From Octopus vulgaris (lineage: Eukaryota), in NCBI GenBank assembly GCA_951406725.2, contig OX597815.1, forward strand, positions 31,248,001 to 31,312,000: a DNA stretch of 64,000 bases. The letters are read 5' to 3'. The notes beneath the pieces were generated by a model. The model was not told the DNA's origin. It worked only from the letters and a program-made list of their open reading frames with translations, and ran no database searches. Within the stretch, counting starts at the first letter, position 1; each line of letters starts with the position of its first letter. Below are positions 53,633 through 64,000 of the stretch, piece after piece. Made by a program: the position numbers and the translations under genes.

Positions 53633-54072
53633 AAGAAGAAGAAGAAGAAGAAGAAGAAGAAGAAGAAGAAGAAGAAGAAGGAGGAGGAAGAGGAAGAGGA
53701 AGAGGAAGAAGAAGAAGAAGAAGAAGAAGAAGAAGAAGAAGGAGGAGGAGAAAGAGGAAGAGGAAGAAGAAGAAGAAGAAGAAGAAGAAGAAGAAGAAGA
53801 AGAAGAAGAAGAAGAAGAAGAAGAAGAAGACGAAGAAGAACATTTCTTTGTAAGTTACATATATACTAGCACACATAATTTTATGGAAGCGAACAGTCTT
53901 TCGAATCGTTCCCACAGTGCTTGACTGGTACTTTATGTTATTTACCCATAAGAATGAAGGGTTAAGTCGACCACGAAGCGATTCCAACCAGAATTTAAAG
54001 AGACGTAACTAAGTAAAAGAAGGAAGCATATTTTTTTTTAAGTGCATTATTAATTCCATCACCCCACAGCTA

Positions 54073-54121
<49 letters not shown>

Positions 54122-54390
54122 GGAGGAGGAGGAGGAGGAGGAGGAGGAGGAGGAGGAGGAGGAGGAGGAGGATAATAATGACGACGACGACGACGATTAT
54201 GATCTTGACGAAGAGGATGACGACAAACACGATTACGACTATGTTGCTGCTGCTGCTGATGATGATGATGGTGATGATGAGGATAATGATCATGTTCATG
54301 ATGAGGAGATGGTGGACGTTGTTGTTGATGATTATGATGATGATGATGATGCAGCTAAGGATGAGGATGATGATGAAGATGATGATGATT
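53600..54390. repeat. (GAA/GGA)n and (GAT)n(GAG)n microsatellites
   Basis: Directly visible; an old SINE-A remnant lies between them (53895-54070). Confidence 0.9.
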
Positions 54391-54854
54391 GCTTTGTTCC
54401 TGTTTTCTTTTTTCCTTTATTAGCCATCAAAGAATAGAAGTTCAAGAGAATAAATATATCAATTTGAACATGAAATTAAATATTAATTAAATATAAATGG
54501 AAATAACAAATACTTAATCATAATAAATTATAAAAATGGAAATTTCAAATAATTCATCGGATTAAAAACATTAACGCAGTACTGAAATAAATGCTTAGAA
54601 AAATAATTCTTTTAAAAAAAGTAATTAATTTGACGTATAATAAATTACAGATGAAATGCAAAACAAACCGGTGTAAAATATTTGTATGGGTATAGAATAA
54701 CTATAATAATAAATGTACCTATTTTCAAGGCAGTATATTGTAATATATATTAGATGTATTGAATTAGTTTTAAGACTGAATCACTATTTTTTCTATATAG
54801 ATTACTTATCACCCCTTTCAGAACAAGACCCTCAAAAATGCATCCATATTATAT

Positions 54855-54892
<38 letters not shown>

Positions 54893-55155
54893 AGTAAAAT
54901 ATATGCATACATACATACATATATGTACGTACCTACATCTACATGTATATATACATGCATATATAAATATATATACGTGAGTACAGGACACCACAAATAG
55001 ACGTAGAACTCAACGAGAAACGAAAACGTAAAAACAAACATGGAAACGGACCTTTTTTTAACGACGAAAAAACAGAGTACAAGACAAACAACACAAAGAA
55101 AATTCCCCTTCATCAGCTGTCCCATCGTTTCGTTTCCTTTCTGTTCTCCAAGTAA

Positions 55156-55203
<48 letters not shown>

Positions 55204-55297
55204 ATTTAACTATGAACAAGGAGAAAAAACAACAACCCGAGGAAGTGGAACATGTATAGTGTTATTGGACGCTCAGGAAAGGAAAGAAAGAAGGAGG

Positions 55298-55332
55298 ATT
55301 TAATGTTTCGAGCGGAGCTCTTCGTCAGAAAC
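55298..55332 (-). ncRNA. Minimal PLE-type hammerhead motif
   Basis: Minus strand gttt-CTGACGA-a-gagc-tcc-gctc-GAAAC-aTT-aaat. Same repeat family as 16478-16515. Confidence 0.55.
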
Positions 55333-55398
55333 ATAGGAAAAGGAAAGGTCCAAGGAAGGGAAGACGGAGAAAGAAAATCGCCAACGATACACACGCGG

Positions 55399-55448
<50 letters not shown>

Positions 55449-55454
55449 TCACAC

Positions 55455-55610
55455 AGACTTATTCTTTGTAAGCCTATACCTATTCTATCGGTCTCTTTTA
55501 CCCGAACCGTTAAGTTACGTTGACATAAATACACCAGCATCGGCTGTCAAATGATGCTGGGGTAACAAATACAGACACACAAACATACTCACACACACGC
55601 ACATATATAT

Positions 55611-55667
<57 letters not shown>

Positions 55668-56117
55668 CATATAAATATATGTGTGCGTGTATATCCACAT
55701 ATATTTGTGTCTGTACCTGTGTCTGTATACACATACATGCACACATACACTCACGTACACACATAGGTAGATAGATGGACACACAGATCGATAGACAGAT
55801 AGATAGATAGATAGATAGATATAGATAGATAGATAGATAGATTGATACATACATACATACATACATACATACATACATACATACATACATACATACATAC
55901 ATACATGTAGGTGAACCGACACACACGCGCGCGTACACACACACACACACACACACACAGATATATATGTGTGTGTGTGTATACGACGAGATTCTTTCGC
56001 TCACGAGGACTTGGTCTCCCCTAGGCTATACTTGTTCAAGATGCCACGCATGGAGACTGAACCCGGAACCATGTAGTTGGTATGCAAGCTTTTTACCACA
56101 CAGTCACGCCTCCGCCT
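55455..56117 (-). mobile_element. SINE-B with greatly expanded internal microsatellite
   Basis: gacttattctttgtaagcc...gaaccgttaagttacg on one side and actgaacccggaaccatg...ttaccacacag on the other. Confidence 0.8.
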
Positions 56118-56130
56118 ACATCTTTATGTA

Positions 56131-56349
56131 GCCGCGAGCTGGCAGAAACGTTAGCGCGCCGGGTGAAATGCTTAGCGGTATTTCGTCTGTCGTTACGTTG
56201 TGAGTTCAAATTCCGCCGAGGTTGACTTTGCCTTTCATCCTTTCGGGGTCGATAAATAAAGTACCAGTTTCGCACTGGGGTCGGTGTAATCGACTTAGTC
56301 CCTTGTTTGTCCCCTCTATGTTTAGCCCCTTGTGGGCAGTAAAGAAATA
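56131..56349 (+). mobile_element. SINE-A young copy
   Basis: Full head-to-tail match with a short internal deletion. Confidence 0.9.
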
Positions 56350-56367
56350 TATATATATCCCTATATA

Positions 56368-56400
<33 letters not shown>

Positions 56401-57495
56401 ATACAGACGCACGCACACACGTAGATAGATGCGCCTAGGTGTTTATATCCATGTGCACGTGCCTTTCTATTTAATGTTTGTCCCCACCGCCACTGCTTGA
56501 CAACCAGTGTTGATTTGCGCATGTCCTGATAGCAATAGTTTTTCCACGAAATGTTTTTCCCAGTTATGAACTCATTTGCATACAGTCAATCAGTGCTCAA
56601 CTATCGAACTAGTGTCCACCTAGTCACGAAAATTCTCACGAAAAATTGGGCTAAGTGCAAAATGTGCGTTGTAGCAAAATCTAACTGCTCTAAACAGGTT
56701 AATAGGGATGACAAATGTGGAATTTAGTGTATAAAGTGAATGGAGAGCTGCTCACCGATGATGCCATAAGTGTTGCCAATTTGTGTAATTTACTAGAAAA
56801 TGTAAATGAGTGTAGTTTCCTAATTTTTTGGCTGATTTTGTACATTCCTAATTTAAAATGTTGGTGTTGATCTGGAAACATCATAATTAATATGGCATTG
56901 TGTCGTATTGCACCCTCCTTGCATATACCAATGGGTGCATGCAGTATCACTAATCTCAGTCTGAGCATAGGTACCTAATGTTAGCTCCATATAGATGGTG
57001 GTGGCGGTGGTGGTGGTGGTGGTGGTGGTGGTGGTGGTTTTGGTGGTGGTGGTGGTAGGGAATGTGGTGCTTACGTGAGACCTATTATGCTGTACTCACA
57101 GAGTGGCATACACAGTTCTATGCCTGACGGGTTGTATTGTAGTAGTACACAGTATGTGGATTTTCAAGGTGAACTGTGATTGGCTGTATGCAAATCAGTT
57201 CGTTACTGGGGTCCGGAACTCTCGTGGGAAAAAAATTTCGCGTCCCCGTAACTTCGGTTCGGGATAAAGAGCGCAACAGAATAACTAGCAGACTTGTTTA
57301 AAAAATAAGAACTGAGGTATATTTCTTCTACTATATGCTCCAAGGCGGTACTCCAGCATGACCGAAGTTTAATGACTGAAATAAGTAAAATACAAAGGAT
57401 ATTCACTTATATAAGGTTCCAAACACTACATTTTGCGACGTTATGCTCTAACCATAGCAAGTGGTTTGATTTTGGTCTATGAAATCAATTACTTA

Positions 57496-57974
57496 CCGTA
57501 AATCCTCGAGTATAATCCGCATTTTTTTGTTCCCAAAATTGAAAGGTCAAAATCCCTAATGCGTACTATATACGAGGTTAAAAATGAAATATATTTTCTA
57601 AGCAATGTCCGATGACAATGTGATGTCGGGCGCGAAAATACCTAAAGCTAAGCCTGAAAGCAATGAAGTCATAAAAGAATCATCCATAACTTGCAGTAAG
57701 CAACATTTATTAAAATAAAAGTATTCAGAACACAGAATAACATGTAAGAAAAACAATTTGCAAACATATTTGTATTCCCATATAACAGTTGAGAACATCA
57801 CCATTATTGTATTACGCATGCGCGGAAGTGTTTGTTCGACTAGGTGTTGCAGACTTAATTACGCACGACTCAATTTAGAGAAAGAGTGCGTATTATACAC
57901 TAGGTTTAGGTTTTTCAGAGGTACAGCCCCCTGCGTATTATACTCAAGGGCGGACTATACTCTAGGATTTACGA
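57496..57974. mobile_element. Second copy of the TA-TSD MITE
   Basis: Aligns with 50131-50637 end to end. Confidence 0.9.
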
Positions 57975-58358
57975 TAATTCTAACGAGATCTATTCACTTT
58001 ATTAATCTGCCCTTAGTATTGAAATCAGAGTTAACTGTCTCATACCTTTACCAGATAGGAGCGTGACACACTTAACACTAAAGACAAAATCTGGTCGTGT
58101 TGTACGAATGCACATTGGTGCAGGAGCGTATATATATGTGAATATGCGTAGCTGTGCCTCTGTCTATGTTAGTTATAGTTTATTGCATATAGTTACTTAC
58201 TTGGTATGAAATTAAGTACGCTACATGCTTTCCGTATATCATTTTACCATATATTATAGGTATCATAACAAATGCACTGTTTAATATGAAAAAGCTATGC
58301 TGTACGCAATGTTTTCGCACATACATATAGGTGTACATGCTCGCGCACGCACACGCGC

Positions 58359-58434
<76 letters not shown>

Positions 58435-58707
58435 ACACAAGCAAATACATATAAAGTTGATCATAAAATAATAGCTGTTATCTACATATACAGCAAAAAC
58501 AAGATGAAACAATGGATTTTAGAAAAAGTTGAAAAATCAATATTTTTTAGAACGATTAGTTTTTCTATAGCCATTGTAATTAACCTACACTCATGAGTGT
58601 TTGTATTTGACCGTGGGAGCACTAGCAGTAACAAAACAGCCATATACATACATATACACACAACATTGTCTACAATATTTATAGTATACATACGTATGCA
58701 TATACAC

Positions 58708-58740
<33 letters not shown>

Positions 58741-58912
58741 CACGCACACACACATACATAGATACACACACACATATATATATATATATATACAGATTCA
58801 GGCGAATATGGTACTTAAGATGAGGCACCATAATTTAGTATGGTATTATGCATACAATTTCAAAATAAGGTGATTAAAACCAAAATAAACAACAAGGATA
58901 TATAGAGGTAAT

Positions 58913-59002
58913 GCAGTACGATCGTTTCATGCGACTCCATTCAATTGAAAAATGAAATCATTTCATTACATCGATTTAAAATGTAGAACAATCTTCAGCT
59001 GC
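58913..59002 (-). ncRNA. Type I hammerhead ribozyme candidate with long stem II
   Basis: Minus strand gcag-CTGAAGA-(63 nt)-GAAAC-gatc-GTA-ctgc: intact core, 4-bp stem I, palindromic stem III ACGATCGT. Confidence 0.65.
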
Positions 59003-59133
59003 CCAAAGACATAGAATTTAATTAAATTAGGACACATTAGTGTAATTTTCCCCCAAATCTCCAAGAGGATAAGGAGGGCGACAAAGAACATGTTTTACCA
59101 AAAATATCACAGTTGTAACTCTATATACATACA

Positions 59134-59205
<72 letters not shown>

Positions 59206-59639
59206 TATATATATTCCTTCCCAATATTTCCATCGTTTATGTCCCTGCCGTAAAGCTTCACTTCCACACACGCCAGCTTAATTTAATTCGTCCTTAGTCG
59301 AAAGACACCTGTTGCTATGCCCTGTTATTTGCATTTGTACTTGTGTAACATTTCTCCCTTTCTTTTTTTGTCCTTGTTTTCTTCAACATTCGCTTGCTTT
59401 CTTCAAAGGAATCTAGTGCTCTTAGCTTAGATTTTTTGGGGCCGGCCTGACTGGACCAGTCTCGAGTGTAACCGGCCGAAACTGCTAAGATAATCTGGTA
59501 CTCGACTGAAGATAGGAAGCTCCGAATAACCCGTCCTTGTTTTTTCTTGTCCTGTTTTGTATCGTCTAACTGCCCGGGTGTTTTTTGGTGTCACCTGTTA
59601 CGTTCTTGTTCCACTTTTTGTTTATTATATATATATAGT

Positions 59640-60235
59640 AGTAACAGAAAGGAAGAATTTCGATTATCCCACGTTGTGAGTTGTAATGTATATAAGAAAT
59701 TTAAAAAAGGAAAATATGCACACTTACATAGTTTTAATATAATTTTTTATATATCGACCGGTTTCGCTATCGCTATTCATGATTTTATGTTTTACTTATA
59801 TGAATATGTATTCTTTCTTAAGAAGAAATTTTGTCCATGTTGTGTGTGATGATATTTACGAGTGAATGACTTCACAAGAAGATAAATAAGGGGAGGTAAT
59901 TGATTATCGTTATTATTGTTATTGTTGTGGGTAAGGGAGATAACTGTTCATCTTTCGGTAATGGGAGGGGAATATATATGTACAGACAAAAGCAAGTTTC
60001 GAAAACCCTGTTTAGTGAGGGGGTTTATGTACAGTGATGTAATCGTGAATTGAAATATGTAAAAAGATAAAAGTTGGTTATGCGTGCATATTATGATGTG
60101 TTCTGTATTTTTCAATGAAAAAAGTTTCTTTATTTAATCGTTCTTATGGAGATATTGTTTCGTTCTATGTTTCGAGTTGCTTTAAGAGAAAAGCGAATTT
60201 TTTCTCTTATGCAATTGCATAAGCTTTCTACAATG
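59640..60235 (-). mobile_element. Penelope-like element 3' end (GIY-YIG C-terminus and terminal repeat)
   Basis: 'ERLNKETFFIEKYRT' precedes a stop. A decayed hammerhead atc-aTGAAtA-gc-gata-gc-GAAAC-cg-GTC-gat lies downstream at 59753-59783. Confidence 0.6.
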
Positions 60236-60239
60236 CATA

Positions 60240-60467
60240 CAACGTTGACTGATTTGTGCTGGTAGATCACCCGATCGAGGAAAGAGAAATATAAGAGATA
60301 TATTTTCTACGCGGTATCTGCAGTGAATTTGTCTTTCAGTAGTTGAAATATGTCACAAACATATTTTAACTAACCTAAATTTTGCTAACGCCTAAAAGCT
60401 GCTTGGCGCTAACATTTCGTCATTTTCCTCGATCGGGTGATCTAACAGCGCAAATCAATCAACGTTG
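60240..60467. repeat. Inverted repeat (~44-bp arms) whose spacer recurs at 60630-60720
   Basis: caacgttgactgatttgtgctggtagatcacccgatcgaggaaa / tttcctcgatcgggtgatctaacagcgcaaatcaatcaacgttg. Confidence 0.8.
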
Positions 60468-60940
60468 TTGACTGAATTTTAAATAAAGCTAATGCACTAT
60501 AAGTTTGTTTAGATTTGCCTCTCTTAAGTACGTTCCATTGACAAGAGACAGAAAACTCGAATTATCGATGTCTGGGTTTCCTCATTGATGGCGACACTGA
60601 ACAAACCGGGAGTTTTCACACCTTTACAAAATGAGATATTTTCTCTACGGTAAGTGCAGTGAATTTACCTTTTAGCGGTTAAAATATGTCAGTAAGATAT
60701 TTTAACTAATCTAAATTTTGTATGCGCAAACACACACACACACATATATATTATATATATCTTATATATATTATATATATAAGTCCATAAGTCAGGAGAA
60801 AGATGCACTCATATATCAGTCAATAGAGTGGGTATATCATACGAAGTGTACAGCATTAAATATCCATCACGACGGAAACCGATTGGTAAGCTCGACCGTG
60901 ATGGATATATAGTACTGTACGCCTCGGATAATACATATAA

Positions 60941-60986
<46 letters not shown>

Positions 60987-61744
60987 ATACATACATACAT
61001 ACATACATACATACATACATACATACATACATACATACATACATACATACATACATACATACATACCGTGTGTACATATATGCCATTATTTATCATTATT
61101 GTATGTGCACTATAAGTATGTGTAGGAGGTTTTTGCGTGGGTTTGTGTGTGCGCGTGAATTTTTAGTGTCATATGTGGTATTATCACTATGGAATGTATT
61201 GCCTTACTGAAATACTGTGATGGAAGATCAAAAGACTTTCAACAAAACAAACGTACCCAGCTAATGTTTTACAAAGGCAATGCTTTCGTTACTTAGTCAG
61301 TAACAACGTAAATCAATTGGCTAGGATGGCACAATATAGGAGATACGCCATGTTATGTCTCATGCAAGATAAACAGCGGTCAATTAATCGCAATGAAAAT
61401 GATATCGGAGCAGAAAATACATCGAATGTATGCGAATGGAAATGGAATGATGTACGATCAATATGAAGTTATTAAAATAATAGGCATTATCTATTTATAT
61501 GCTACGATAAAGCGTATCATTCGCATATCAGAAATAACTGAAGAAAGGAAGTTTCTTTTAAAATAAAGTAAATGAAAATAGTCTCCGTGATCTTCGCACG
61601 CACTTCAGAATTGATGATGTCATTGCGGTTGTTACTTCAGTTTTACAAATACACTTATTATTTATATTTCGTTTTTGGATTTGGTTTGCAAGATTCTTTA
61701 TATGAGTTCGTGTGTTGAAGCATATTCTGTTGTGTCTGGGGAGA

Positions 61745-61879
61745 TGGGGAGAGTCATTCTCTTTTCGTGCCTTATTATTTAACACACTCACCGATAGAAA
61801 ATAAAAATAAGAAAGAAGTGGAAATTTTACCGGTGAGTGTGTTAAATAATAAGGCACGAAAAGAGAATGACTCTCCCCA
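61745..61879. repeat. Perfect ~49-bp inverted repeat
   Basis: tggggagagtcattctcttttcgtgccttattatttaacacactcaccg / cggtgagtgtgttaaataataaggcacgaaaagagaatgactctcccca. Confidence 0.92.
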
Positions 61880-62049
61880 GACACTTATTATTTATATACA
61901 GTGTTTAATGAAGTGTAAACCACGAAGAACAATAGTATTTTAACAGTGCTGTTGTAAGCAAAATGTTATTTTACTTTCGACTAACGAGTTACGAAATTAA
62001 GCAGTGAGAAACAAAATATTAAATGAAAAAGCGAGATAGAGAAAAATTT

Positions 62050-62290
62050 TTTTGCACTGAAGGACTTATTTCAATCTAGCTTGATATAAACGACAGCTAA
62101 AAATGTTTCCATCTATGTCTTAACTATTTAAATATTAATATTTACTAATGTTAAACTTTCAAATTGTGCAACTGCAAAAAGATTTTTATTGCAATCTTCT
62201 ATATGAAACAGAGAAAATAAAATGAAAAGGAAACTTCCAAACTTGAAGGCATTAATATTTTAAATATCTAAATATTAAGAGAACTGAAGG
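62050..62290 (+). pseudogene. Possible hAT transposase C-terminal dimerisation-domain remnant
   Basis: Frameshifted 'MFPSMS..ILIF..LSNCATAKRF' resembles the hAT 'FP....L...S.A.AERSFS' motif. Confidence 0.25.
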
Positions 62291-62576
62291 CTTGAACAAA
62301 CAAATATAAAATGCTTCGCAGTTGACGGATAAAGTCTGAAATGTGTCAGGTTATAAGAAAATTTTCGAATAAAGTTTGAAACATATAATTTTAATATTTA
62401 AAATATTTTTTATCACTACCACTAGGAAAAGAAGCAGTACTTGATTTGTGTAATGAATCTCGTACAACCAACCCATTTAAAGATAGATTGGGACATTAAA
62501 AGAGATAGCAACTACTAATTTGGTGACCAACTAGTTTGAATGAAAGAGTAGTATCTCCACCTGATTAAAATTCATA

Positions 62577-62763
62577 TATTTCTTTATTGCCCACAAGGGG
62601 CTAAACATAGAGGAGACAAACAAGGACATACAAAGGGATTCAGTCGATTACATCGACCGCAGTGCGTAACTGGTACTTAATTTATCGACCCCGAAAGGAT
62701 GAAAGGCGGATTTTTGAACTCACAACGTAACGACAGACGAAATACGGCTACGCATTTCGCCCG
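62577..62763 (-). mobile_element. SINE-A young copy, 5'-truncated and internally deleted
   Basis: tatttctttattgcccacaagggg...gaaaggatgaaaggc|ggatttttgaactc. Confidence 0.88.
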
Positions 62764-63278
62764 AGTGAACGGATCTACTCTAAACATGGGCTTGTAAATT
62801 GAAGGACAATGTGAAAAAGGCTCTTGCAGTAGTAGTCAGGGTGATTGTCTTTTTTGTGGGGTCCCCACGAAGGCTCCCTCTTTGTGAAATTATTCAATGT
62901 TATAATTTTATACTGTCACTGTTTTACTTTAACACACTTTTAATGTAACCCCATATTGTACTGTCCTACACCGTCATCTATGTTTTTTGAACACTTAGAA
63001 GTTAATAAAAAATCACTAATATTATTATTATTGTTGTTGTTGTTGTTGTTGTTGTTATTAACATTATTTTTATTATTAATAATAATATTTTAAGGATGCG
63101 AGTTGGGGGTCGATGTAATTGATTTAGCCTCTCCCTCGAAATTTCAAGTCTTATGCCTACAACAGAAAGTATTATTATGATTATTATTATTATTATTATT
63201 GTTGTTGTTGTTGTTGTTGTTGTTGTTTTTGTTGTTGTTGTTGTTGTTGTTATCATCATTATTATTGTTGTTGTTGTT

Positions 63279-63830
63279 GGGTGAGAGAGCTGTGCATACA
63301 TGAAAGTGACACTAGGGTAAAATATACGAAATCCAACGTACCATCATGACTACCCGTCTGATAAGGGTACACTAGTTACATTCATCACAACCATATGTGC
63401 GCGTCATGGTAATCTCATATCAAGATTAACAGCGCATGACCTTGCGTGTGGGGCCCAGTTAGAATTTTCTTCAGGTCGAGTAGCCCATCCCGCTCAAAAG
63501 GTCTTTGGATAAGGGTTTTTTAAGGATGTTGAACAAAACACCCATGTTTTCAAAGGAGAATTATCCAAACCCCAAAGAATTCCTCTCAACACATGGCTAT
63601 GATGCTCCCCCACTACTTCTGCTCGTAATCAGAGATACATATATCGTCAGCCACTAAGTGACATGCTCAACTGGTTAAGGTCAATCAACCGACAAGCAAA
63701 TCAGTGGTATTGGGAAGAATATTTGCAGTAGCCCATCTTTTATACCAAGGCAAAACAATGTACATGATGACACTTCCAATCAGTTAAGATGAGAAGCCAT
63801 GCAGCCACTGCCTGGTACTGCATCAATGCT
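63279..63830 (-). mobile_element. Second copy of the (TAA)n-embedded element
   Basis: Reverse complement of 53051-53587, about 20 nt longer at the 5' end. Flanked by (TTA/TTG)n. Confidence 0.85.
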
Positions 63831-64000
63831 TTTTATTATTATTATTATTATTATTATTCAGTAGTTTTATTTTTATAGCGTGCTTTCACTTCACTATATG
63901 TGTTTGTAAGTCCTGGTGTTTTTGTTATGTATTTGTCTGAATATTTTTTTATCATGCCTAATGCACCTACTATGATAGGAATTGTTTCTGTTTTCAGGTT

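Noticed and set aside
55095-55135. Permuted hammerhead (gaaacgatgggacagctgatgaagggg, minus strand)
   Set aside because: The core words are present, but no stems can be formed around them.
61849-61858. taaggcacg, matching the 5' end of miR-124
   Set aside because: Only 9 nt match, and it lies in an unrelated inverted repeat.

Overview
AT-rich eukaryotic DNA saturated with microsatellites and transposons. The SINE repertoire and the (TA)n/(TACA)n/(TATC)n density suggest an octopus (coleoid cephalopod) intergenic or intronic region; this is recognition, not a database result. I found no credible host protein-coding exon, and almost all listed ORFs are microsatellite or repeat artefacts. The window contains: (i) at least four tRNA-derived SINE families, named A-D here, that swap head, body and tail modules; (ii) decayed non-LTR retrotransposons (R4/Dong-type RLE elements, RTE, CR1); (iii) Penelope-like element (PLE) remnants with hammerhead-ribozyme motifs; (iv) MITEs and a non-autonomous Helitron; (v) several fold-back palindromes. 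The most unusual observations are two young SINE-A insertions flanked by nested 125-bp and ~280-bp direct duplications of their target; a near-intact hammerhead with a 63-nt stem II (58913-59002); SINE tails that match LINE 3' ends in the same window; and retroelement families that each sit in their own microsatellite motif.
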